64,000 bases of DNA from positions 332 through 64,331 of the forward strand of contig DATGLT010000406.1 of the NCBI GenBank assembly GCA_035294005.1, given 5' to 3'. How positions within the stretch are numbered: the first letter of the stretch is position 1; the number at the start of each line of letters is the position of its first letter. Source of the DNA: Verrucomicrobiia bacterium. GTDB lineage: Bacteria > Verrucomicrobiota > Verrucomicrobiia > Limisphaerales > UBA8199. This document shows, piece by piece, positions 31,080 to 39,730 of the stretch. The position numbers were made by a program, and so were the translations under genes. The notes below the pieces were generated by a model that saw only the letters and a program-made list of their open reading frames with translations, made no database searches and was not told the DNA's origin.

Positions 31080-32259
31080 ATGAAAAATCACCTGCTTCTC
31101 TCCGGAGTGCTGGGACTGAGCCTCGTTGGCGCTGCCAACGCTCAGAACCGGGTTTACATCACTGGATCGACAGCTTATCGCAATGCGGTCAACAAGACCA
31201 TATTCTCACTGTTCGATTCTGCCCCTCAGATTGCCGCCTTCGGCAACGCCACTTATTACAAAGCCAACACCCTGGACTTCGAAGGCAACATCGGCGGGGT
31301 GGCTTACGTGATCAAAGCATCCTGGTCGGGCTCGGAAGCCGGCATCAAGGACGTGGCGACCGGCCAGGTTGAAAACTTCGTGGACGATATCGGCACGGGC
31401 ACTCCGGCGGTCCCGGCCGGGGCTTATGGCACCAACGCCGTCGCGGGCCAACTCAGCTCGCACACGGTTGACTTGGCCTTGGGCGATAACGCCCAGTCTT
31501 ACTCCAAGACCAAGACGCCGGTGCTCAACAACAACACGTTCATCGGGATTATCCCATTCGTTTGGGTGAAGAATGCCCAGGTGGCGGCAGACCAGAGCGG
31601 GACCGATTGGGCTCGCATCAGCAACGTGACCGACGCACAGGCCCGTGTTCTACTGTCAGGCGGCTCGGTGGCCGCGCTGCTGACGGGCAATTCGGCCGAT
31701 GTTAACCACGTGGTGTACGTCGCGGGTCGCGACGACAATTCCGGGACGCGGGTCAACACGTTTGGTGAGACCGGGTTTGGAATTCGTACGATCCCGACGC
31801 AAATCAGGATTGGCGGTTCAGCGGGTTCACCGACAAATAGCCAGCAGCGGCAACGTTGGGGAGAGTAGTGGCGGCACGCTGGCCAACAATGTTGGGTTTC
31901 CGGGAAGTTTGGAAGCGGCAGACCCGATTGCGGGTGTGACCGGCTGGATTGCGCTGGCTTACCTGGGGCTGTCGGACGCCGAAACGGCTGAAGCTGCCAA
32001 CGGGGGTGGGGCTAACGGTGCCCAACCGTTGACCTTCAATGGCGTGGCCGAAAGCGCCGCGGCCATCCAACAGGGACAGTACTCATTCTGGGGCAACGAG
32101 TACATCTTCCAGGCGCCGGGAGCCAGTTCTGCCGCCGTGACGGTTTACACTGGGATTGTGAACAACATCAATGCGAATACCGATGGCATTCATGAAATCT
32201 CGACCGCCAGCATGCAGGCCACTCGCCTGGGACCGCTGAGCGACCCCGGACACAACTGA
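31080..32259 (+). pseudogene. Secreted PstS/type-2 periplasmic-binding-protein-like gene (cassette copy A); the reading frame is broken near 31.80-31.87 kb
   Basis: ORF 31080-31868 has a signal peptide plus ITGSTAYRN and VAGRDDNSGTRVNTF. ORF 31699-32259 (next frame) has WIALAYLGLSDAE and GQYSFWGNEYIF. Together they read as one PBP-like protein, and they overlap by 170 nt in different frames. This could be a real frameshift or a sequencing error. Confidence 0.55.
31132..31360 (+). repeat. Near-identical repeat, copy A (pairs with 63772-64000)
   Basis: Direct comparison gives 4 mismatches in 229 nt, offset 32,640 nt. Identity begins abruptly at the signal-peptide cleavage region (A-N-A/QNRVY). 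Confidence 0.95.
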
Positions 32260-32289
32260 TCCAAGGTAATTCAGTATTGGGCAACATTG

Positions 32290-32329
32290 GGCCGGCGCAG
32301 GCAGGACCTGCGTCGGCCTTGTCTTTTTT
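32290..32329 (+). terminator. Rho-independent terminator after cassette A
   Basis: GGCCGGCGCAGG-cagga-CCTGCGTCGGCC (12-bp stem, one G.T pair) followed by TTGTCTTTTTT, 31 nt after the stop at 32259. Confidence 0.75.
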
Positions 32330-32512
32330 AGCTTAGTAAGCGAAACCGCTATTTCGTTTGTAATCGGCAATTGAGGTAATCGGCAAAATGTTGCGCAGCC
32401 GCCACTGAGCTGTAACAACCTGGTTTTACAGTAATCCACACGCTTGGGAACCTATGGGCTGGAAGGACTGTGCCTGCCAGGGCTGATGTGCCGACCCCGG
32501 GCGCCATTGAAA

Positions 32513-33382
32513 ATGAAGCAGAATCGCTCATTCGAACCTCACTTGGTTGTGAAGCAGTACCGGCTCGCGCCGGGAAAGGAATGGAAACTCTCCTCAACTA
32601 CCTGGTCATTCTGGAGAATTGCCACCGGGGTGGCGTATTGGCTAAGTCCAAGAAAGAATTGCCAGCTGGACACAGGTTCTGTGCTGGTCCTGTCTTGTCA
32701 TGCTCAAGGCATGCTCCGGGCAAGCCAGTTGGGTGAGGTTCAGATCCGGCAATTTGAAGTCCGGCCCGAACGCTTGACCGGCGTGGTAACCCTGAATGAC
32801 GAGCGCTTCCTGTCACAGTTAGCTTCCCGAGACGAATTCACGGCTCGCTATTTCGCTCCCGGTTCCGGAGTGTCGGAAAAGTTCAAGTCTCTGTGCGACT
32901 CGGTGCCGACGCGCAGTTTCGTCCTGCGTTGGCAATTGCTCAACCTCTTTGCAGAAGTATTCGGCGACCATTTGAGCGGAGACGATTTGGATCGCCAACC
33001 GCCCGGGGACGCGCGATCGCGGCTGTTGAAAGTGCTCGACGAGCTGCCCGCAGGCAATCTCCTGGACCTGGACTTTTCCGAGTTGGTGAAGCAAATGGGC
33101 TGCACGCCACGCCATCTCAGCCGGTTGTTTCGGGAGGTTGTGGGGATGTCCTTCCGGGAGAAACAAGCGCAGGTGCGGCTGCTGCGCGCGCAGGAGCTCC
33201 TGGCCACGACTCAATCAAAGGTGGTCGAGGTCGCGTTGGAGAGCGGCTACCAGTCCCTCAGCCTGTTCAATCTCATGTTCAAACGCAGGTTTGGCCTCAG
33301 CCCGGCGCAGTGGAGGGCGCAGACGCAAAAGCCAGCCCGCGCAAGCTCTCTCGATGCCAATTGCCGGATGTTGCGGGCCTGA
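32513..33382 (+). CDS. AraC-family transcriptional regulator
   Basis: C-terminal double HTH (MGCTPRHLSRLFREVVGMSFREKQAQVRLLRAQELL...VALESGYQSLSLFNLMFKRRFGLSPAQWR) and a cupin-like N-domain. ATG 32513. Confidence 0.9.
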   Translation: MKQNRSFEPHLVVKQYRLAPGKEWKLSSTTWSFWRIATGVAYWLSPRKNCQLDTGSVLVLSCHAQGMLRASQLGEVQIRQFEVRPERLTGVVTLNDERFLSQLASRDEFTARYFAPGSGVSEKFKSLCDSVPTRSFVLRWQLLNLFAEVFGDHLSGDDLDRQPPGDARSRLLKVLDELPAGNLLDLDFSELVKQMGCTPRHLSRLFREVVGMSFREKQAQVRLLRAQELLATTQSKVVEVALESGYQSLSLFNLMFKRRFGLSPAQWRAQTQKPARASSLDANCRMLRA

Positions 33383-33488
33383 GGAGCGCGTTGTCGAGCG
33401 CACAGCAAAGGAGTCCTGAGGGTAGAACAGTTTGTCCTCAGAGTTGGAGCATTCTCGCCCCCGATCGTTTATTGTTATTTAAACCGGG

Positions 33489-34166
33489 ATGGAAACCATA
33501 TTCAACCTGAGGCGCAGCGGAATCTTGAACATCTTATGGATGGTTCTTCTCGCGATTCCGGTCATCTCGGCGCGGGCAGCGGTCCAGGTCTTTGCGTTTT
33601 CCGAGGCCCCCTCGATTTCAAATCTCTCACACCACGACTTTCATCTGCCGGAATTCAACCCCGCTCTTGGCACACTCGATTCAGTGAGCATCGAACTCAG
33701 AGGCACGGGCGAGTTTTTTCAGTGGTTTGGACATGCCTCCGGGCAGGGAACTCACCGAGCGCTCACGGGTGAGCCGATGCTGAGCTTGACCCTTGGGCTG
33801 CCCGGTGACGAGGAACTCCTGTCAGTGATGCAACGCGCGGGCGAACGATGGCCGACGCGAACAGGCGGTGTGCGTATCCAGCCCGTCACTTTCTCAGGTC
33901 ATGCTACCCTGACATCGGAAGCTGATTTAATGCAGTTCACCGGCTCCGGAATGGTCGACTTGCTGATCTCCGCACGAACCGGCTCTGGCCGTCTGCTTTC
34001 GGGCGGGATGAACCTCGCTTCGGGCCTTTGGGCTGCCGGCGCCAACATTTCGGTCGTTTACAATTATACCGCTGTCCCGGAGAGCTCGGCTACCTGGGTT
34101 GCTGCAGGCATGGCGCTGGCGTTGGTACTGGCAAGTGTCAGAAAGGGTGCTTGGTCAAAGTCCTGA
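33489..34166 (+). CDS. Small secreted protein with a PEP-CTERM-like anchor (VPESS variant), possibly choice-of-anchor-E-like
   Basis: Signal peptide. HHDFHLPEFNPALGTLDSVSIELRGTG. C-terminal AVPESSATWVAAGMALALVLASVRK. Confidence 0.6.
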   Translation: METIFNLRRSGILNILWMVLLAIPVISARAAVQVFAFSEAPSISNLSHHDFHLPEFNPALGTLDSVSIELRGTGEFFQWFGHASGQGTHRALTGEPMLSLTLGLPGDEELLSVMQRAGERWPTRTGGVRIQPVTFSGHATLTSEADLMQFTGSGMVDLLISARTGSGRLLSGGMNLASGLWAAGANISVVYNYTAVPESSATWVAAGMALALVLASVRKGAWSKS

Positions 34167-34840
34167 CATACATTCCGAACCGTGCGCCCCTCGCGCTGGG
34201 ACTGGTGCTGCTGGCCATTTCAGGCCAGGTCAGACTCCACGCAGCCGTGGCCCTGAATGGCACGTTCGGCTTCACACCCGTTGGTTCGATAACCTACTCC
34301 GGTCCCGATCTGGGCCAGGCTGATTCGATCAGTCTGCCCGCAACGGAAATCGTCAATACCGTTCCCGCGAACTACAACGGGAGCCTGAATGACTTTTACT
34401 CCGGCCCGGCCGCCATCCCGCTGCTTTCCCATGTAAACCTTGGCGCGCTGACACTCAGTTTGCCGGCCCAATCAGGGACTTATACGCCCGTGAATTACCC
34501 CAATTTTCTGGTTATCTCGGATCAAACCAACCCTGCGGACCGATTCGATTTTACGCTGATCGAATTGATGAGAGCCTCCAGCAGTTCGTCTGACTTGGAG
34601 GTTTATGCACAAGGCATCTTGCACGATTCCAGCGGTGTGTTTTCCGATACCTCCGGCCTGCTTAGCATCACGTTTACCCAAGCCGGCCCGGGTGCGGCGG
34701 TCAACGCATCCTTTTCAGTCGCTTCCACCGCCGTGCCCGAGGCTGGAACAATCGCGTCCGGGTGCGTGGCGCTCGGCGTGTCTATCCTGGGATTTGCCGG
34801 GGTCGCTCGCAACAAACTGCGACTGCGCGGATCGCGCTGA
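34151..34840 (+). CDS. Small secreted protein with a PEP-CTERM-like anchor (VPEAG variant)
   Basis: C-terminal AVPEAGTIASGCVALGVSILGFAGVARNKLRLR. Signal-like PLALGLVLLAISGQVRLHAA. The start is uncertain: TTG 34151 was chosen, overlapping the previous stop by 16 nt, while the track start at 34028 overlaps by 139 nt. Confidence 0.5.
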   Translation: MVKVLTYIPNRAPLALGLVLLAISGQVRLHAAVALNGTFGFTPVGSITYSGPDLGQADSISLPATEIVNTVPANYNGSLNDFYSGPAAIPLLSHVNLGALTLSLPAQSGTYTPVNYPNFLVISDQTNPADRFDFTLIELMRASSSSSDLEVYAQGILHDSSGVFSDTSGLLSITFTQAGPGAAVNASFSVASTAVPEAGTIASGCVALGVSILGFAGVARNKLRLRGSR

Positions 34841-34854
34841 CGCTAGCGGCGGAG

Positions 34855-36528
34855 TCAAAGCTGCGCTTTAGCCTGTTTCACCAACTCCGTCTCTTCCGGC
34901 AGTAATTTGGCGGTGCTGGCGCATTGCAGGGCGGCCCGCGCTAATTCCTTGTTCCCCGTAGCGGCTTCGATCACTCCGTAGTAGGCCGCGACGGATGGGA
35001 TTTGAAGGTATTCCCGCTTGATTGCGCCCATGACCTTCAACGCTTCGTCGTACCGTTTTTGCAGGAGCAAAGAATAGGCGTAGGTCGAACTGAAGAAAGG
35101 GTCATTCGGGGCCGCTTGATGGGCTTCTTTTGCGAGGCGGTGCGCCTTGTCCAACTCCGATCTTCGCAGCAAGCACAGGTTCGCCAGGTTGTTTTTGACG
35201 AGCACATCCGACGGGTCGGTGGCGTTGCGTTTGCGCAGGAATTCCTGCAGGTCCCGAGTGTTGCCCGAGGAATACAGGCGTGACATGAGCGAGGTGGCAG
35301 CCCATTTCTCCGCTGGGAACTCCGATGCGATCTTTTCAAGCACCTCGGTGTTTTCAGCTTGCCACCCCCATCCCGTGGTCACCTGGGCCAGCCTGGTGAG
35401 GCGATCGAGCCGGCGAGCCGACTCCCGCATTGCGTTTTGCCACGCTGCTTTTGACAGGAACTCTTTGTTTTGGGAACGATACGCCAGCGACTCCATGGCG
35501 CATCGATAAAACTCGGCTTCATTCCAGTTCTGCTTACTAATTGAGGACAGCAAACCGGGCCAGTCTTTCAAGGCGATTTGGCAGTCGGTGGTAATCAGCG
35601 GGATTGGCTGGTTGGTGCGCAGCGTGGGCGGCAACTGCCGTGTCCAGTTCAACGCAGCTGCGGGCCCCTGGGCGCCCGCCATCCACCTCGCAAACGCAAA
35701 GGCGTGCACGGGGGAATTAGTGGCCTCGCCTTCAATAGAGCTAAACCAGGAGCTGAACTGCGCGTTCGTGCAGTTCTTGAGCAGTTGGAGATACGCAAGC
35801 TTGTCGTCAAACGTGGCGGAAGGCCCTTGAGTTAACTGGCTGAAAAGATGCAACGCTTCGGGCCAGGCCTTGCGGGCCAGGGCGTCCTGCTCGAGAATCC
35901 GAAGCGCAGTGACGCATAGGGAAGGGGAGTTGGTCAGTCGGCTCAAAGATTCGCGTGCCTGGAGCGCAGTTTCAGTGTTGGTTGAAGCCAGCCTGACGGT
36001 GTCCAGATTGAGCAAGGCTGATTGGTTGGTGGGTTCGAGTTCGAGAGCCGCTGAGAATTGCGATTCGGCTTCATGCAAATCATGTGTCGACCAAGCCAGT
36101 GCTCCCCGGAGTTTATGGAAGATTGCCGACCGGCGCTCTCCAGGCGGCACTCCCTCAAGGGCCTGTTCAGCGGATTTCAATTCGTGGAATTTGAGGGCGG
36201 TCTGGGCCCACTCGAACCGGTTCGTGACGTTGTGGTCCTGCAGTTGAGCCACGCGCACTCGCCAACCCACAGAAGCCGGTTGGCCTGAAGCTTCCAGGAT
36301 ATCCGCGACCATGCGAATTGCAGGCACGCTTTCGGGATTCACCTGGAGCGCGCGCCGGATGCAAAGCTCGGCGTTATGAAAGTCATTCGTTGCGGCGAAA
36401 CAGCGCGCCTGGGTTACCATCCGAGTTTCGACGGCCCTTTTGTACGCTTTGCGGCCGAACCAGCCGCCCGCAGCCACGAGTCCCATGGCAACAGCGAAAA
36501 TAGTCAGTTTGCGGAGAATTCCATTCAT
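34855..36528 (-). CDS. Membrane-anchored TPR-repeat protein (last gene of the EPS strand run)
   Basis: N-terminal TM helix (LTIFAVAMGLVAAGGWF) followed by many TPR-like helices. Starts 13 nt after the stop of the NusG-like gene. Confidence 0.8.
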   Translation of the reverse strand: MNGILRKLTIFAVAMGLVAAGGWFGRKAYKRAVETRMVTQARCFAATNDFHNAELCIRRALQVNPESVPAIRMVADILEASGQPASVGWRVRVAQLQDHNVTNRFEWAQTALKFHELKSAEQALEGVPPGERRSAIFHKLRGALAWSTHDLHEAESQFSAALELEPTNQSALLNLDTVRLASTNTETALQARESLSRLTNSPSLCVTALRILEQDALARKAWPEALHLFSQLTQGPSATFDDKLAYLQLLKNCTNAQFSSWFSSIEGEATNSPVHAFAFARWMAGAQGPAAALNWTRQLPPTLRTNQPIPLITTDCQIALKDWPGLLSSISKQNWNEAEFYRCAMESLAYRSQNKEFLSKAAWQNAMRESARRLDRLTRLAQVTTGWGWQAENTEVLEKIASEFPAEKWAATSLMSRLYSSGNTRDLQEFLRKRNATDPSDVLVKNNLANLCLLRRSELDKAHRLAKEAHQAAPNDPFFSSTYAYSLLLQKRYDEALKVMGAIKREYLQIPSVAAYYGVIEAATGNKELARAALQCASTAKLLPEETELVKQAKAQL

Positions 36529-36541
36529 AGACAGGGTTGAG

Positions 36542-37150
36542 TTAGCAAAGAGTAGTTGCCTCGGTTAAAATGGAACTGCCGATAGCTCGCGGCAGCCACT
36601 GCGTCTCCGAATTCGGTTCCACCTGGTCTCGTGCCAGTTCCGTTTCGGTTTGGCGGCCGAGAAAGTCCAACAGCACAGCGACCCGTTGTTTGGCGGGCAG
36701 CACCCGTGTGACCACCGCATGGAGGCCTAAAAGCGGGCCGGAGTTTATCTGCACCGAATCGCCGCTCTGCAGCAAATCATCCAGCACACAGAGATCTTCA
36801 ATTCCCATGGCTGTCCGAAGTTCGTCGATAACGGGGTCGGCAATAGTGGGCCGATAGCTGCCGAAATGGACGACGCAGCTCACGCCGCGGGCGTGTTGAA
36901 CTCGTTTCAGCGCAATCGCCGCGTCGAATCGGGCAAAGCAGTAGTCCTTGAACAAAGCTTCCGTGACCCATGCCGGACCGAGCCGGGTGGAGCGACGATA
37001 CCGAATCCTTGGCAGGAAAACTTCTACATCTGGTTGCAGCCGGAGTTGGGCTGCCGCAATGTGTTCTCTCTTTGGTTGTGTGCGGAGGCAATACCACTTG
37101 GCGGCGTGTTCCACGTCTAAAACGCGCACTGGGTTCAGGTAATTCAACAT
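36542..37150 (-). CDS. NusG-paralog transcription antiterminator (UpxY/RfaH-like)
   Basis: WYCLRTQPKREHIAAAQL...VEVFLPRIRY is an NGN-domain signature. A KOW-like segment follows (GDSVQINSGPLLGLHAVVTRV). ATG 37150. Confidence 0.75.
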   Translation of the reverse strand: MLNYLNPVRVLDVEHAAKWYCLRTQPKREHIAAAQLRLQPDVEVFLPRIRYRRSTRLGPAWVTEALFKDYCFARFDAAIALKRVQHARGVSCVVHFGSYRPTIADPVIDELRTAMGIEDLCVLDDLLQSGDSVQINSGPLLGLHAVVTRVLPAKQRVAVLLDFLGRQTETELARDQVEPNSETQWLPRAIGSSILTEATTLC

Positions 37151-37407
37151 AATTTCAACAGCTTGAGACTCGGACCGGTGCACTGGAGGGCGGATTGTTG
37201 GTACCGCCCAGCCGCAGCCGGGACGTTGGAATTGAACACCAGCCGCAGCCCGGATTCAGCCAGCAAAGGGCGCGGGATGACCACTTTGAGGACTTCGAGT
37301 TTTGTTTCTACAACTGGCTTTCAATCAGTTGTTAAGCACAAAATGCAAACCGTGCCAGGCTCGGGCGGACTTATCGAAGCTCGTTCTTTACCTGGATGCC
37401 ATTGAGT

Positions 37408-38037
37408 TCAGAAATTGAACGTCTTCATCGGTACGTGCACGATGTCGAATGGCCTCAGATAAAACGGTGAGTCGTCTTTGCCCTGGAGCACGCGTTTGAG
37501 GTCAACATGAAATGTTTTTTGGCGTCCATCCGCAATTCTCACGACCGTAACGTCAGAAAGCTTCGCGTGGGCAGCATCAAAACCGCCTGCTTCCATGACA
37601 GCTTCGAGGGCTGTCATGGGGCGGTCCATGGGAACTCGTCCGGGGTGGGACACCGCGCCTGATACATAGACGGCGGTGGCGGCTGCGATGAGCTTCACAG
37701 TGATGGGATCATTTCTGGTTTGGGGACCGTAAAGACGTCCCAGTTCAGCCTGCAGTTGTTGCGGGGTTTTTCCAGAAGCCTTGACGGGACCGACGGTCTC
37801 CAGGTTCAAGATGCCGTCGAGCGGGATTTTTTGAGTCGCATTGAAGTTCGTGGAATTCTCGAATGCAATACTGACGAGGTCGCCCTCGCGCAGAAGATTG
37901 GTTTCGAGATTCAGGGCGGACAGCTCGGGGGAGGAGAACTGGCCCTGCAACCGCGGAGAAGTGCAACCCGCAAGCGCAGCCGCCATGACGCAAGCTGCGG
38001 TTGCGAGCAACGGGAGGACAAGCACTGAGTATTTCAT
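37408..38037 (-). CDS. Polysaccharide export outer-membrane lipoprotein (Wza/EpsE-like: Poly_export plus SLBB)
   Basis: Lipobox ALAGC. LREGDLVSIAF...IPLDGILNLETVGPVKASGKTPQQLQAEL (Poly_export). VYVSGAVSHPGRVPM (SLBB). ATG 38037; the alternative TTG at 38049 is the track start. Confidence 0.85.
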   Translation of the reverse strand: MKYSVLVLPLLATAACVMAAALAGCTSPRLQGQFSSPELSALNLETNLLREGDLVSIAFENSTNFNATQKIPLDGILNLETVGPVKASGKTPQQLQAELGRLYGPQTRNDPITVKLIAAATAVYVSGAVSHPGRVPMDRPMTALEAVMEAGGFDAAHAKLSDVTVVRIADGRQKTFHVDLKRVLQGKDDSPFYLRPFDIVHVPMKTFNF

Positions 38038-38045
38038 GAATCGGT

Positions 38046-39371
38046 TCAAAATTTATAGCTTAGATTGAATAACACACTGTTTACTTCGTATCCCAAGCCT
38101 GAGAGGTTGGATGTTCGAAACCAGTGACTGTAGCCCAGGGATGCCGCCACTTTCCGGGTTGCCTGCCACGACGCGCTGACGGTCGCACCGTATCGTGAGT
38201 AGTTCTCCGTGGTCAGGACTCCGAACGTGCCAAAGGGTGGAATATCGACGAATACCTCGAAAGGCTGGGTTCCCTGCTCATAACTGAACCCGCCCTGCAA
38301 GCTGATGTTCGAGGTGAGCGAATAGTTAATTGAGTAACTGGCGGTGAACTGCTCGATAAACGAGCTGCCTTGGTTGAGCCCCTGGCGCACATTGCGTTGA
38401 ACGTCGATCTTGTGGCTCAGAAAGTCCGTGAATTGGTGACTCACCCGGAGGCCAAGGTAGTACGAATTAAGTTGATTGCCCTGCCGGTTCAAAGGGGCGG
38501 AATCAAATAAATAGAACACGGCCCCTCCTCGCAACGCCGCGTGCACCGCGCGGGTGAGTTCAAGATCCAAATATGGCCCGGCGCTAACACTCGAATTGTT
38601 ATTCTGGGTCGAGACTTCGTAGCGGGTCAAACCTCCGCTGGCTTCAATGCCTGCCTGGCTTGCCGCGCCCACGAGCCAGCCGCCGCGCGAAAAGAAGAGC
38701 TCTGAAGAACTATTCAGGTACCGAAACTGTGTGGATGACGAGAGGGTGTCCTCGTGGCTGTACCCGAGGTCCAGGATCCACCTGCCCGGCTGCCAGGACA
38801 CTTCGGTGCCGATCGTGTTATTGAATCGAGGAAAATAAGCCAACCCACTGATAGCGCTCTCCGCCAGCACTTGTTGAGAGTAGGCGAATTGGTCAAAAAT
38901 GGAAATGGTTCCATCCTGCAGGCCGATGTTCCAGGCCAGCGCCGAATTGGGAGCCACCTCGAGGTGATCGTAGACGGGATGGTTCAGGTAATGGACATAG
39001 CCAATGTCGGAGCTGAACCGCAGATCGGATTGCGCGGTAAGTTGACACCCCAGGCCGATGCTCAAACCGCCCCGCAACAGCAGATCCGATTGCGGGTTCA
39101 GTTGCGACGAGTTTACGTTGTCGTTGAGTTCGAGGCCTGCGTACGCGCCAAGCTCGAGCCCAACCGGCCCCAGGTGCGGCCGGTCATTGTTCAACTCGGA
39201 ATTGCCCGAAGAAGCCAGGAATGGCTCGATGGCCAAAGCGTTTTGAAGGGCATCCTGCCCGCAAGCGGTTCCCGCCGCCGAGAGCACGACTGCGCCCACA
39301 GCAGCCTTTCCAAGTCCACCCGCCTGACCCGCGCGCCCATGACCGGCGGCTTGCTCGAAACTCCCGCTCAA
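38046..39371 (-). CDS. Outer-membrane beta-barrel protein of the EPS locus (EpsL-like role; the family is uncertain)
   Basis: Signal-like N-terminus, alternating amphipathic strands throughout, C-terminal FNLSYKF (terminal Phe). The TTG start overlaps the upstream stop (TTGA). Confidence 0.6.
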   Translation of the reverse strand: MSGSFEQAAGHGRAGQAGGLGKAAVGAVVLSAAGTACGQDALQNALAIEPFLASSGNSELNNDRPHLGPVGLELGAYAGLELNDNVNSSQLNPQSDLLLRGGLSIGLGCQLTAQSDLRFSSDIGYVHYLNHPVYDHLEVAPNSALAWNIGLQDGTISIFDQFAYSQQVLAESAISGLAYFPRFNNTIGTEVSWQPGRWILDLGYSHEDTLSSSTQFRYLNSSSELFFSRGGWLVGAASQAGIEASGGLTRYEVSTQNNNSSVSAGPYLDLELTRAVHAALRGGAVFYLFDSAPLNRQGNQLNSYYLGLRVSHQFTDFLSHKIDVQRNVRQGLNQGSSFIEQFTASYSINYSLTSNISLQGGFSYEQGTQPFEVFVDIPPFGTFGVLTTENYSRYGATVSASWQATRKVAASLGYSHWFRTSNLSGLGYEVNSVLFNLSYKF

Positions 39372-39604
39372 ACGTCAGTGCGCTTTCCGAGCGCTTGCAA
39401 TCCTCGAGCCGGAATCGTTACGGTCTTTACGGGCTTGTCGACCAGACGGATCACCGAAGGCTCAGTTCGCGGGCTGGTCGCGCCTAAGCTTTTGAAAAAC
39501 TTTTTCTGGCATTGCTGGTTTGCCAGGCACACCTGGCAAATCTTGCTCTTGGCTTGAAATTCTTTTCCGAAACACCAGGCGTCTGAGAACTTCGGTTCAG
39601 GCAT
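39368..39604 (-). CDS. Hypothetical 78-aa Cys-containing protein
   Basis: ATG start and a 4-nt overlap with the next gene. Four Cys fall within a 22-residue span (C-x11-C-x2-C-x5-C). No family recognised. Confidence 0.35.
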   Translation of the reverse strand: MPEPKFSDAWCFGKEFQAKSKICQVCLANQQCQKKFFKSLGATSPRTEPSVIRLVDKPVKTVTIPARGLQALGKRTDV

Positions 39605-39730
39605 AGGGCAAGACAGTAATGGTTTTCAACTCCGGCGCACGTTACAGGTTCAAAACGATTTGACGCATGCATCCCCTCCGCGGCCCCGCCGATGTCCGAA
39701 ACCATGCGCCATGGACATTGGCTCTTTACT

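Noticed and set aside
31800-31868. Programmed ribosomal frameshift in the PBP-like gene
   Set aside because: I saw no slippery heptamer or downstream structure at the frame junction. A mutation or a sequencing error is the simpler explanation.
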